A stretch of DNA of 64,000 nucleotides from Myxococcota bacterium (GTDB taxonomy: Bacteria; Myxococcota_A; UBA9160; JAFDDA01): NCBI GenBank assembly GCA_965228475.1, contig OZ245817.1:4398264-4462263 (forward strand), given 5' to 3'. Shown here piece after piece: positions 34,936-43,099 of the stretch. Position 1 is the first letter of the stretch; every line of letters starts with the position of its first letter. The notes below the pieces were generated by a model. It had not been told where the DNA came from. It did no database searches and saw only the letters and a list, made by a program, of their open reading frames with translations. Both the position numbers and the translations under genes were made by a program.

Positions 34936-36051
34936 TCAGTCGGCGGCGAGGGTACGACCCAATTCGGCGAGTTGGCGGTGCGCCGAGCCGAGGGTCAGCT
35001 CGATCTGGCGGGCCCACAGGTAGTAGCGGTGCACCGGGTAGTCGACGTCGACGCCCATGCCGCCGTGCAGATGGACCGCGGCGTAGGTCGCGTTGTGCCC
35101 CCCCTCGGCGGCCCAGTACTTGGCCACCGCGACGGCCTCCTCCGCGGGCTCGCCGGCCGCGAGCCGGCTCGAGGCCTGCCAGCTCGTGAGACGCATCGCC
35201 TCGATGCCGACGTAGGCATCCGCCGCGCGCTGGTGGACGGCCTGGAAGCTTCCGATCGGGCGATCGAACTGTTCGCGCTGGGTCGTGTACTCGGCGGTGA
35301 TGCGGATGGCGCGCTCCGCCACGCCGAGCGCCACGGCGCAGAGCGCGGCCTTCGCGCGCAGGGCCAGCCACGCGACGGCCGCCGCGCCCTCCTCCGGGCC
35401 CGCGAGCACGTCGTCGGCGTCGATGCGCGCACCGGAGAGCACGACGTGGGACTGCGGCTCGGAGTTCGTCGCCTCGACCGCCTGGAGCTCGACGCCATCC
35501 GCCGCCGGGTCGAGCAGGAAGAGCCCGATGCCCGTGTCGGTCCGGGCCGGGACGAGGATGCGCTCGGCCAGCGCGGCGAAGGGCACCGAGAGCTTCATGC
35601 CGTCGAGGCGCCAGCCGTCGCCGTCGCGCGAGGCCACGGTGGCGGGCGTCGCCGGGTCTTCGTTCTCGGGCTCCGCGAGGGCCGCGGTCAGCACCGCATC
35701 GCCCGACGCGACGCGGGGCAGGAAGTGCGCCTTCTGCGCGTCGCTTCCGAACTCCTCGATCGGCAGCGCCCCGAGCACGAGCGTCGGAACGAGCGGCACC
35801 GGGGCGACCGCGCGGCCGCCCTCCTCGAGCAGCAGGGAGAGCTCCAGGAACCCCATGCCCATGCCCCCGTGCGCCTCGCCGATGGCGATGCCGAGCAGGT
35901 TCGACTTCGCGAGCTCGGCCCACAGCGTGCGGTCGAAGCACTCGCCGGCCTTTTCCAACTCGCGCAGGCGATCGTGCCCGCACAGGTCCGCGAAGATCTT
36001 CGCCGAGAGCTCGCGCAGGCTGTCCTGTTCGTCGGAGAACGAGAAGTCCAT
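34936..36051 (-). CDS. Acyl-CoA dehydrogenase family protein (second gene of an adjacent pair)
   Basis: MDFSFSDEQ... N-terminus and ...QFDRPIGSFQAVHQRAAD... The ATG is 2 nt after the upstream gene's stop. Confidence 0.85.
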   Translation of the reverse strand: MDFSFSDEQDSLRELSAKIFADLCGHDRLRELEKAGECFDRTLWAELAKSNLLGIAIGEAHGGMGMGFLELSLLLEEGGRAVAPVPLVPTLVLGALPIEEFGSDAQKAHFLPRVASGDAVLTAALAEPENEDPATPATVASRDGDGWRLDGMKLSVPFAALAERILVPARTDTGIGLFLLDPAADGVELQAVEATNSEPQSHVVLSGARIDADDVLAGPEEGAAAVAWLALRAKAALCAVALGVAERAIRITAEYTTQREQFDRPIGSFQAVHQRAADAYVGIEAMRLTSWQASSRLAAGEPAEEAVAVAKYWAAEGGHNATYAAVHLHGGMGVDVDYPVHRYYLWARQIELTLGSAHRQLAELGRTLAAD

Positions 36052-36053
36052 GG

Positions 36054-37226
36054 CTAGTCCTTGTAGTGGGGCATGCCGAGGCCGGCCATCGCGATGATGT
36101 CGCGCTGGACCTCGTTGGTGCCGCCGCCGAAGGTGAGGATCAGCATCGAGCGGTACATCATCTCGATGCGGCCCATGAGCGCGGATTCGGGCGAGCCGCG
36201 CCGGATGGCGCCGTTCGCGCCGAGCACTTCGCCGAGCAGCCGGTAGCCGGCGATGTTGAACTCGCTGCCGAACACCTTGACCGCCGAGGCGTCGGCCATC
36301 GCGAGGTTGCCTTGGGTGAGCGCCCAGGCCTGTTTCCAGTTCATGAGCTTCAGCGTCTCGGCGTGGGCCTTCGCCTTGGCGAGGTTGAGCTGCACCCACG
36401 GCTCGTCGATCACGCGCTGGCCGTTGCGCTTCGTGTTGCGGGCCCACTCGACGACGAGCTCGACGTTGCGCTCGAGCGTCCCCGAGGCCATGAGCGAGAC
36501 GCGCTCGTGGTTCAGCTGATTCACGATCAGGCCCCAGCCGCCGTTCTCCGGGCCGACCAGGTTCTCGACGGGGACGCGCACGTCGTCGTAGTACGTCGAG
36601 TTCGTCGAGATGCCGCCCACCGTCGGCGTCGGCGTCATGCGGAAGCCTTCGGCATCGGTCGGGACGATGATCATCGAGATGCCGCGGTGCTTCGGGGCAT
36701 CGGCGTCCGTGCGGCACGCGAGCCAGACGTAGTCGGCGTAGCCCGCGAGGCTCGTGAAGCTCTTCTGGCCGTTGATCACCCACTCGTCGCCGTCGCGCAC
36801 GGCGCGGGTCACGAGCGAGCCGAGGTCGGTGCCGGCCCCCGGCTCGGAGTAGCCGATGCAGAAGAAGATCTCGCCGGCCAGGATCTTCGGCAGGAAGTAG
36901 CGGCGCTGCTCTTCGCTGCCGAACTGCATGAGCGTCGGGCCGACGGTGTTCAGCGTCAGGAAGGGGAGCGGAAAGCCCGAACGCTGCGCTTCGTCCGAAA
37001 ACAGGTACTGCTCGATCGAGGAGCGCGCCTGGCCGCCGTACTCCTTCGGCCAGCCGATGCCGAGCAGACCGTCGCGGCCCATCTGCTTCATGGCGGCGCG
37101 GAAGAGCGGGCCGCCGCCCTCCGTACCGGAAATCTCCTCGACCATCTCCGGCGTCATGACCCGCTCGAAATACGTCCGCATCTCGTCGCGGAAGGCGCGC
37201 TGGTCGGGGGTGAGATCGATGTGCAT
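36054..37226 (-). CDS. Acyl-CoA dehydrogenase family protein (first gene of the pair)
   Basis: Start at MHIDLTPDQ. YSEPGAGTDL and ...GGGTNEVQRDIIA. Confidence 0.85.
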   Translation of the reverse strand: MHIDLTPDQRAFRDEMRTYFERVMTPEMVEEISGTEGGGPLFRAAMKQMGRDGLLGIGWPKEYGGQARSSIEQYLFSDEAQRSGFPLPFLTLNTVGPTLMQFGSEEQRRYFLPKILAGEIFFCIGYSEPGAGTDLGSLVTRAVRDGDEWVINGQKSFTSLAGYADYVWLACRTDADAPKHRGISMIIVPTDAEGFRMTPTPTVGGISTNSTYYDDVRVPVENLVGPENGGWGLIVNQLNHERVSLMASGTLERNVELVVEWARNTKRNGQRVIDEPWVQLNLAKAKAHAETLKLMNWKQAWALTQGNLAMADASAVKVFGSEFNIAGYRLLGEVLGANGAIRRGSPESALMGRIEMMYRSMLILTFGGGTNEVQRDIIAMAGLGMPHYKD

Positions 37227-37308
37227 GGAAGGCTCCGTTCGCTCGAGGGGCCGTGGGCCGGCGGGGTCGGGGCCGGCGGCGAAGAACGCCATCATTCTAC
37301 CTTGGAAT

Positions 37309-37322
37309 TAGAACGCGTTCTA
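37309..37322. promoter_or_regulatory. KstR-type operator palindrome
   Basis: TAGAACGCGTTCTA, in the divergent region between the ACAD pair and the ferredoxin gene. Confidence 0.6.
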
Positions 37323-37402
37323 GTATCCTGTGGCCCCCCGGACGCCCTCGACGTGATAGCGTTCCGGCCTGATTTCCCTAGCGGGAACGGGAGGATGCCT
37401 GC

Positions 37403-37594
37403 ATGAAGATCATCGTGGACTACGACCTGTGCGAAGCCAACGCCGTCTGCATGGCCGAAGCGCCGGAAGTCTTCGAAGTGGACGACGACGACAACCTGAA
37501 CATCCTCGACGAGAACCCGGGCGAAGCGCTGCGGGCGAAGGTCGAGGCCGCCGTGCGCCTGTGCCCGAAGCAGGCGCTCAAGCTCGAAGGCTGA
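37403..37594 (+). CDS. Small ferredoxin (single-cluster, 3Fe-4S/4Fe-4S type)
   Basis: 63 aa. Matches the small actinobacterial-type ferredoxin pattern: VDYDLCEANAVCMAEAP...CP. Confidence 0.75.
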   Translation: MKIIVDYDLCEANAVCMAEAPEVFEVDDDDNLNILDENPGEALRAKVEAAVRLCPKQALKLEG

Positions 37595-37603
37595 GCCCCG
37601 GCC

Positions 37604-38785
37604 GTGGACTTCCGCGACTCCGAGAGCGAGGCCGCCTTCCGGACGGAAGCGCGCGCGTTCCTCGACGCCCACGCGCCGGACCCCGCGGAACTCTACGGCG
37701 AGGATCCGCTCGCGGCGTCGAACGTCGACGCCCACCGGGCGTGGCAGCGCACGCTCTACGAGCACGGCTGGGCCGGCCTCACCTGGCCGAAGGCCTACGG
37801 GGGCCGCGGCCTCGGCCCGATCGAGCAGATCATCTGGAACCAGGAGCTCGCGCGGAAGGAGGTCGGGCTCTCGATGTTCATGCCCGGCCTCGCGATGGCC
37901 GGGCCGACGCTCATCGCCCACGGCACCGAGGAACAGAAGCAGCGCTACCTCGAACCGCTGCTCCGCGGGGACGAGCTCTGGTGCCAGCTCTTCAGCGAGC
38001 CCGGGGCCGGGAGCGACCTCGCCGGGCTCGCCTGCCGCGCCGAGCGCGACGGCGACGAGTGGGTGATCCAGGGCCAGAAGACGTGGTCGTCGGGCGCCGA
38101 GGACTCCCAGTTCGGGATCCTCCTGTGCCGCACCGACCCGACGGTGCCGAAGCACGAAGGCATCACCTACTTCCTGCTTCCGATGGATGCGCCGGGCGTC
38201 GAGGTCCGGCCGATCCGCCAGATGAACGATTCGACGCACTTCGCCGATACCTTCCTGAACGAGGTGCGGATCCCGGACGCGTGCCGCCTCGGCCCCGTCG
38301 GGGGCGGCTGGTCCTGCGCGATGACCACGCTCCTGAACGAGCGCATGGGCATGGGCGGCATGGAGACGTTCCGCTTCGAGGATCTGGCGGCGCTGGCGCG
38401 CGAGAACCGCGGCCGCCTGGACCCGGTGATGCGCGACGACCTCGTGAAGGTCTGGGGCCACGGCAAGACGCTCGAGCTGCTGAACGCCCGCATCATCACC
38501 AAGCTCGGCCAGGGCGTGATGCCCGACGCCGAGAGTTCGGTCATGAAGCTCGCGATCGCACGGCTGATGAGCGAAGGCGCGGACATGGGCCTGCGCCTGC
38601 TCGGGCCGGACGCCCTGCTGCGGGCGGGCTCGTGGCAGAACCAGTTCCTGTTCGCCCCGGCCATGCACGTGGCCGGCGGCACGGACGAGATCCAGAAGAA
38701 CGTCGCCGCCGAGCGCACGCTCGGCCTCCCGAAGGAGGAGCGGGGCGACCGCGAAACCGCCTTCCAGGATCTGCCCCGGAACTGA
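37604..38785 (+). CDS. Acyl-CoA dehydrogenase family protein
   Basis: MDFRDSESE..., FSEPGAGSDL and ...GGTDEIQKNVAAE. Confidence 0.85.
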   Translation: MDFRDSESEAAFRTEARAFLDAHAPDPAELYGEDPLAASNVDAHRAWQRTLYEHGWAGLTWPKAYGGRGLGPIEQIIWNQELARKEVGLSMFMPGLAMAGPTLIAHGTEEQKQRYLEPLLRGDELWCQLFSEPGAGSDLAGLACRAERDGDEWVIQGQKTWSSGAEDSQFGILLCRTDPTVPKHEGITYFLLPMDAPGVEVRPIRQMNDSTHFADTFLNEVRIPDACRLGPVGGGWSCAMTTLLNERMGMGGMETFRFEDLAALARENRGRLDPVMRDDLVKVWGHGKTLELLNARIITKLGQGVMPDAESSVMKLAIARLMSEGADMGLRLLGPDALLRAGSWQNQFLFAPAMHVAGGTDEIQKNVAAERTLGLPKEERGDRETAFQDLPRN

Positions 38786-38807
38786 CCGCCCGCTATCCTC
38801 CGGGGCG

Positions 38808-39092
38808 ATGTCCGAGAGCCCCTACGAAGTCCGCTGCCATCACTGCGACGTGAGCTTCCCGGTCGGCACGAAGACCTGCCTGCACTGCGGCGAGCGGGTG
38901 GGCGGGGGCCCGTTCTTCCGGATCGGCACCGACCCGACGGAGTCGGTCTTCGAGCAGGAACCGGTCTTCGGCGAGGCGGAGGCGGCCGAGGAACCCGACG
39001 CCCCGCGGCGGCCCTTCCGCTTCGGGGTCACCATGATCTGGCTCGCGGCCCTCGTCCTCTCGGCCGCCCAGCGGGCCTGCCAGGGGAACTAG
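38808..39092 (+). CDS. Small zinc-ribbon membrane protein
   Basis: CHHC...CLHC pairs followed by a C-terminal TM helix (VTMIWLAALVLSAA). High GC3. Confidence 0.55.
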   Translation: MSESPYEVRCHHCDVSFPVGTKTCLHCGERVGGGPFFRIGTDPTESVFEQEPVFGEAEAAEEPDAPRRPFRFGVTMIWLAALVLSAAQRACQGN

Positions 39093-39149
39093 CCCCAAGG
39101 GGACCTTCCGACCACGGGTCCCCGCTTCCGACCGCGAGTCGCCGGGATG

Positions 39150-39163
39150 GGAAAGGGTTTTCC
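39150..39163. promoter_or_regulatory. Candidate UAS palindrome of the same type as at 17700 and 19483
   Basis: GGAAAGGGTTTTCC, about 140 nt upstream of the -12 element at 39294. Confidence 0.4.
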
Positions 39164-39280
39164 CTTCGCGCGCACCCAGTTTTCCCTCCCGGCCAAGAGT
39201 CCACATCCGGGAAACCCGCCAAGGTCCTGATTTCCTTTCATTTTCACGCGCCTGGCCGCGGTGGGGCGGCGAGCCCCAGT

Positions 39281-39296
39281 TGGCTCGAAACTTGCT
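39281..39296 (+). promoter_or_regulatory. Sigma-54 (-24/-12) promoter
   Basis: TGGCTCGAAACTTGCT has GG and GC at the correct 10-nt spacing. It lies 40-50 nt upstream of the candidate ATGs. Confidence 0.55.
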
Positions 39297-39336
39297 CTCT
39301 TTTCGGTTGCTTCTCTCTTGCTGCTCGAAGACAAGG

Positions 39337-40080
39337 ATGCGACCCATGCGATTCCGCGCCCTCCCGATCCTCGCCACTGCCCTGCTCGTCGCCGGCCCGG
39401 CCTCGGCCCTCACGAGCTACGGGGACTTCAGCGGCGCCGACCTGGACTTCATCGACGTGAACGAGACGTCCCTGTTCGGCGACCCGGAGCCCTTGTTCGG
39501 CGCGCCGACCACGGCCGGGAACTCGCTCTTGTTCTTCCCGACGACCTTCACGGCCACCAGCGCTGGAGGCGGCGTCGACGGCACGGGCTCCCTTCTGAAC
39601 CTCACCCTCGAGGCCACGGGCGGGAACACGCTCACGACCTTCTCGATCACCGAGTTCGGTGACACCTCGCTCTTCGGCGCGGGGACGGCGGCCACCGGAA
39701 GCTTCATCGGCCTCTCCGGCTTCCTGACCGTCACGGAGGATCTGAGCGGATCCATCACGCCCGTCGTGATTCCCTTTACCGGCGTCGTGACGCCGACGAC
39801 CGTGCCCGCTGGCACCTTCACGCTGCCGACCAACCCGGGCGTGACCCTCTGGACGGCGAGCGTGGTCATCGACATCACGAGCTACGTGCCGGACGCGACC
39901 GTCGCCGAGCTTCAGCTCAACAACGTGCTCAACGCTGCGAGCGAAGCCGGCACGAGCGCCCTGATCCAGAAGAAGGTCGTGAGCGGCCCGTCGGTCATTA
40001 TCACGGTGCCCGAGCCGGCCACCCTCGCGGTGATCGCCATCGGCCTCCTGGGCGCGCTCGGCCTTCGCCGCCGCGCCTAG
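39337..40080 (+). CDS. PEP-CTERM sorting-domain secreted protein
   Basis: Start at ATG 39337 or 39346, since the track start 39280 lies inside the promoter. Signal peptide. C-terminal VPEPATLAVIAIGLLGALGLRRRA. Confidence 0.8.
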   Translation: MRPMRFRALPILATALLVAGPASALTSYGDFSGADLDFIDVNETSLFGDPEPLFGAPTTAGNSLLFFPTTFTATSAGGGVDGTGSLLNLTLEATGGNTLTTFSITEFGDTSLFGAGTAATGSFIGLSGFLTVTEDLSGSITPVVIPFTGVVTPTTVPAGTFTLPTNPGVTLWTASVVIDITSYVPDATVAELQLNNVLNAASEAGTSALIQKKVVSGPSVIITVPEPATLAVIAIGLLGALGLRRRA

Positions 40081-40207
40081 GCTTCGGAAGTTTTTCTGCA
40101 TGTGTTTTTGGGGAACTGGGAGACCAGCGTAAGGAAGGGTGCGCTCAGCGCCTGACATAGTGCTCCGTCGCTGTTGCTGGTTTCGTTGGGGGGTGAAGGA
40201 GCTCGTG

Positions 40208-42961
40208 GTGAAGTTGTTCGTTTCTCTTGGCGCAGTCTTTGCGCTGTTGGTGGCCCAGCCCGCACGGGCCACGGTCAATCACGGGGATTTCCTCGGAACC
40301 AGCGTCGATTTCATCGCCGTCTCCGAGACCACCCAGACCGCCGGCGACCCGGAGCCGATCTGGGGCGCGCCGTCGATCGGCGGTTCGGGCGACCAGCTCG
40401 TCTTCTTCCCCGCCGCGTTCACCTCGTCCTGCTCCCTCGGCAGTTCGGACGTCACCACCTCGATCCTCACGACGACGATCACCGCCCAGCCCGGCGGCCA
40501 CATCGACAACGTGACCCTGGTCGAGTCCGGCGACGCCACGCTCACCGTGTTCCCGCCCTTCGGCGACCCGTCGACGAACGTGACGGCCGCGCTCACGGGC
40601 ACCGTCACCGTCACCGAGACGACGAGCGGCCCGATCGCCCCGGTCGTGATCCCCTTCACCGGGAGCTTCACGCCGAGCGACACGTTCTCCCTGCCGATCA
40701 ACTTCGGCCTCTCCACCTGGTCCGGCTCGATCAGCGTCGACGTCGCTTCCGTCGTGCCGCTCGCGACGGTGGCCGAGCTCTCCCTCGACAACACGCTCAC
40801 TTCGAACTGCGGCCCGGGCAACACGAGCGCCCTGATCCAGAAGAAGGTCGTGAGCGGCCCGAGCGTGGCCATCCTGGTGAACCCGATCGAGTGCGAGCTC
40901 GAGCTCGACAAGACCTGCTGCGTCACCCAGCCCGCCCTGCCCGACCTCGGCAGCTGCGAGGGCGACATGACGCGGGTCGTGTTCGAGTACACCGGCGACA
41001 AGTGCTGGAAGTCGAACAACGACCAGGGCCACGCCTTCCGCTGCTACGGGCGGCGCCCCGTGGGCGACTCGGCGGACCTGACCTTCCTGCGTGACGCCGC
41101 GACGCTGTCCGCGACGCCGATGACCGACATCGACCGCGGCGACCTCATCGAGATCACGAGCAGCACGGGCACGCTCCCGAACAAGCTCAAGATGAAGATC
41201 CGCGACGATTGGTGGCGGCGTCAGATCGTGAAGATCGACACCTCCTGCGAGAAGGCCTTCGCCTGCGACGACCAGTTCGGCGCCTTCAAGGTCGTCGAGT
41301 TCGAGAGCACCGAGGGCGGCCTCGTGGACTGCAACGCGCCTCCGGGGCCGCCGGTCTGCGCCGTCTCCGGCGACCCGGCGGGAACGCCGTGTGACGCGAA
41401 GCTCGTGGACGTGGTCTACGAGTACACCGGCCAGGACTGCCAGGATCCGCTCGCGAACGGCCAGAACGGCGAAGCGAGCTGCTCGGGCGACGCCACCGGC
41501 GGAAGCAACGTCGGCATCGTTTATGCCGGCCAGCACGCCTGGCGCCACCGGGTCTCGCCGGCCAGCGGCATCAACGACGGCGACCGCATCCGCGTGACCT
41601 CGCGGCACCGCGGCAGCCTGTTCCCGAACCAGAAGTACCTGATCACCGACGACAGCGGCGTGCTGCAGGAGATCGAGCTCCACACCTCGTGCTCCGAGCC
41701 CCTCGCCCTCGGCGACGAGTTCGGCAGCCTGAAGGTGGTCGAGTTCACGACGAAGAACGGCACGCGCGTGGCGCTCGGCAGCGGCGACGACGGCCCCTTC
41801 GACGCCTGCGAAGTGCCGCTCTCGCCGCCGGGACCGCACTGCACGAGCGACCTCCAGGAGCTGACGCTGGTCTACATCGGCGACTACCTGGGTGAAGGCT
41901 GCACCGTGAGCAACTCCCAGAGCGGCTACGCCCACTGCACGGGCGACGCCGATCCGGGCGATCCGGTCTCGGTGGTCCCGGGCGCCGGCCTCGAGGCCGA
42001 CCCGCTCGACACCATCGAGTTCGGCGACCTCGTGACCTTCACGGCCACGAGCGGTGGCGACCTGCCGAACTTCGTGACCCTCGACGTCACGGGCGCCGGC
42101 GGCAGCCAGTGGATCCAGATCAAGACCTCGTGCCACAAGCCCCTGAGCCTCGGAGACCGCTTCGGCTCCTTCGTGGTCTTCGGGATGGACCGTGAGGACG
42201 AGGGCGCGATCAGCCTCGGTGGCAACGTCCAGTACCAGTACACGGTCACGAACCCGGGCACCTCGACGGTCGACAACGTGTCGATCGACGACGACCAGCT
42301 CGGCCTGATCACGAGCGGCGTCTCCCTCGCCCCGGGCGAGAGCCAGACGTTCGTGCAGCCCGCGACGCTCTACGGCACCACCACGAACGTGGCGACGGCC
42401 ACGGGCGACGTGGCCGGGGACGTCTGCGCCCCGGGCGTCGATCAGGTGACGATCGGCGTGACGGCGCCGCCCCAGGGCTCCTTCCGATGCGCCTGCTACC
42501 AGTCGCTGACGGAGGTCACCCTGGTGTGGGACGGCGAGGACACCGTCGACATCGTGGCCTGGGACGGAAGCCCCGGCGGCACGATGCTCGCCATGGTGGA
42601 CGACGTGGCACCGGGCGAGGCCGTGACGGTCACCGGGTTCACCCAGGACGATTCGATCTGGGAGATCTTCGACGAGACCGGAACGACCAAACTCGGCGAG
42701 TCGACCTTCGAACTCACCTGCCGCGACAAGGCGATGAACGGCATCGAGGACTGCGGCAAGCGGGTGGGCGACGGGAAGTACAACGACCCGGGCTTCATCA
42801 ACGACTGGCTCGTCGAGGGCATGGTCGACGACGACGAGACCCTGGTCTGCTCGCCGCTGCTCGCGGGGCCGCCGCCGGCCTGCGGCTTCGGTCCGGAGCT
42901 CCTGCTGATCCTGCCGGGACTCATGTTCTGGCACCGCCGCAGCCTGCGCGAAGAGGCCTAG
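40208..42961 (+). CDS. Large secreted multidomain protein (917 aa)
   Basis: The N-terminal domain is paralogous to the upstream PEP-CTERM protein, followed by three or four Cys-rich repeat modules and a DUF11-like repeat, with an atypical C-terminal hydrophobic/basic tail. GTG behind GAAGGAG. Shares SALIQKKVVSGPSV, PVVIPFTG and ATVAEL with 39337..40080. Modules end in (I/L)xTSCxxP(L)xxGDxFGxxxV. YQYTVTNPGTSTVDNVSIDD is DUF11-like. The tail reads GFGPELLLILPGLMFWHRRSLREEA. Confidence 0.8.
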   Translation: MKLFVSLGAVFALLVAQPARATVNHGDFLGTSVDFIAVSETTQTAGDPEPIWGAPSIGGSGDQLVFFPAAFTSSCSLGSSDVTTSILTTTITAQPGGHIDNVTLVESGDATLTVFPPFGDPSTNVTAALTGTVTVTETTSGPIAPVVIPFTGSFTPSDTFSLPINFGLSTWSGSISVDVASVVPLATVAELSLDNTLTSNCGPGNTSALIQKKVVSGPSVAILVNPIECELELDKTCCVTQPALPDLGSCEGDMTRVVFEYTGDKCWKSNNDQGHAFRCYGRRPVGDSADLTFLRDAATLSATPMTDIDRGDLIEITSSTGTLPNKLKMKIRDDWWRRQIVKIDTSCEKAFACDDQFGAFKVVEFESTEGGLVDCNAPPGPPVCAVSGDPAGTPCDAKLVDVVYEYTGQDCQDPLANGQNGEASCSGDATGGSNVGIVYAGQHAWRHRVSPASGINDGDRIRVTSRHRGSLFPNQKYLITDDSGVLQEIELHTSCSEPLALGDEFGSLKVVEFTTKNGTRVALGSGDDGPFDACEVPLSPPGPHCTSDLQELTLVYIGDYLGEGCTVSNSQSGYAHCTGDADPGDPVSVVPGAGLEADPLDTIEFGDLVTFTATSGGDLPNFVTLDVTGAGGSQWIQIKTSCHKPLSLGDRFGSFVVFGMDREDEGAISLGGNVQYQYTVTNPGTSTVDNVSIDDDQLGLITSGVSLAPGESQTFVQPATLYGTTTNVATATGDVAGDVCAPGVDQVTIGVTAPPQGSFRCACYQSLTEVTLVWDGEDTVDIVAWDGSPGGTMLAMVDDVAPGEAVTVTGFTQDDSIWEIFDETGTTKLGESTFELTCRDKAMNGIEDCGKRVGDGKYNDPGFINDWLVEGMVDDDETLVCSPLLAGPPPACGFGPELLLILPGLMFWHRRSLREEA

Positions 42962-42995
42962 GCGCAAGGGATCGGTAGGTCCAGTGCAAGAACGC

Positions 42996-43029
42996 AACGC
43001 CCCGGCTTCGGCCGGGGCGTTCGCGTTTC
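42996..43029 (+). terminator. Rho-independent terminator
   Basis: AACGCCCCGGC-TTCG-GCCGGGGCGTT followed by CGCGTTTC. Confidence 0.65.
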
Positions 43030-43099
43030 AGGGCCCGCGCGAGTCCGCAGGACCCGCCGATTCCGCCCACACGCCGGGCCGCGAAGGTAAGATGTCGCC

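Noticed and set aside
40085-40100. Weak sigma-54-like element CGGAAGTTTTTCTGCA upstream of the 917-aa gene
   Set aside because: Only the GG/GC dinucleotides and two or three other positions match, and there is no associated UAS palindrome. The gene may instead be co-transcribed from the 39281 promoter.
40145-42997. Very long antisense ORFs (950 aa on the minus strand here). Others are 21754..23220 (-), 50151..52832 (+), 58546..61182 (-), 24346..25869 (N-terminal part) and 105..1049 (+)
   Set aside because: Each is the reverse-complement shadow of a gene with recognisable domains. Their composition (R, G, D, E, H, V runs) and lack of motifs argue against coding.
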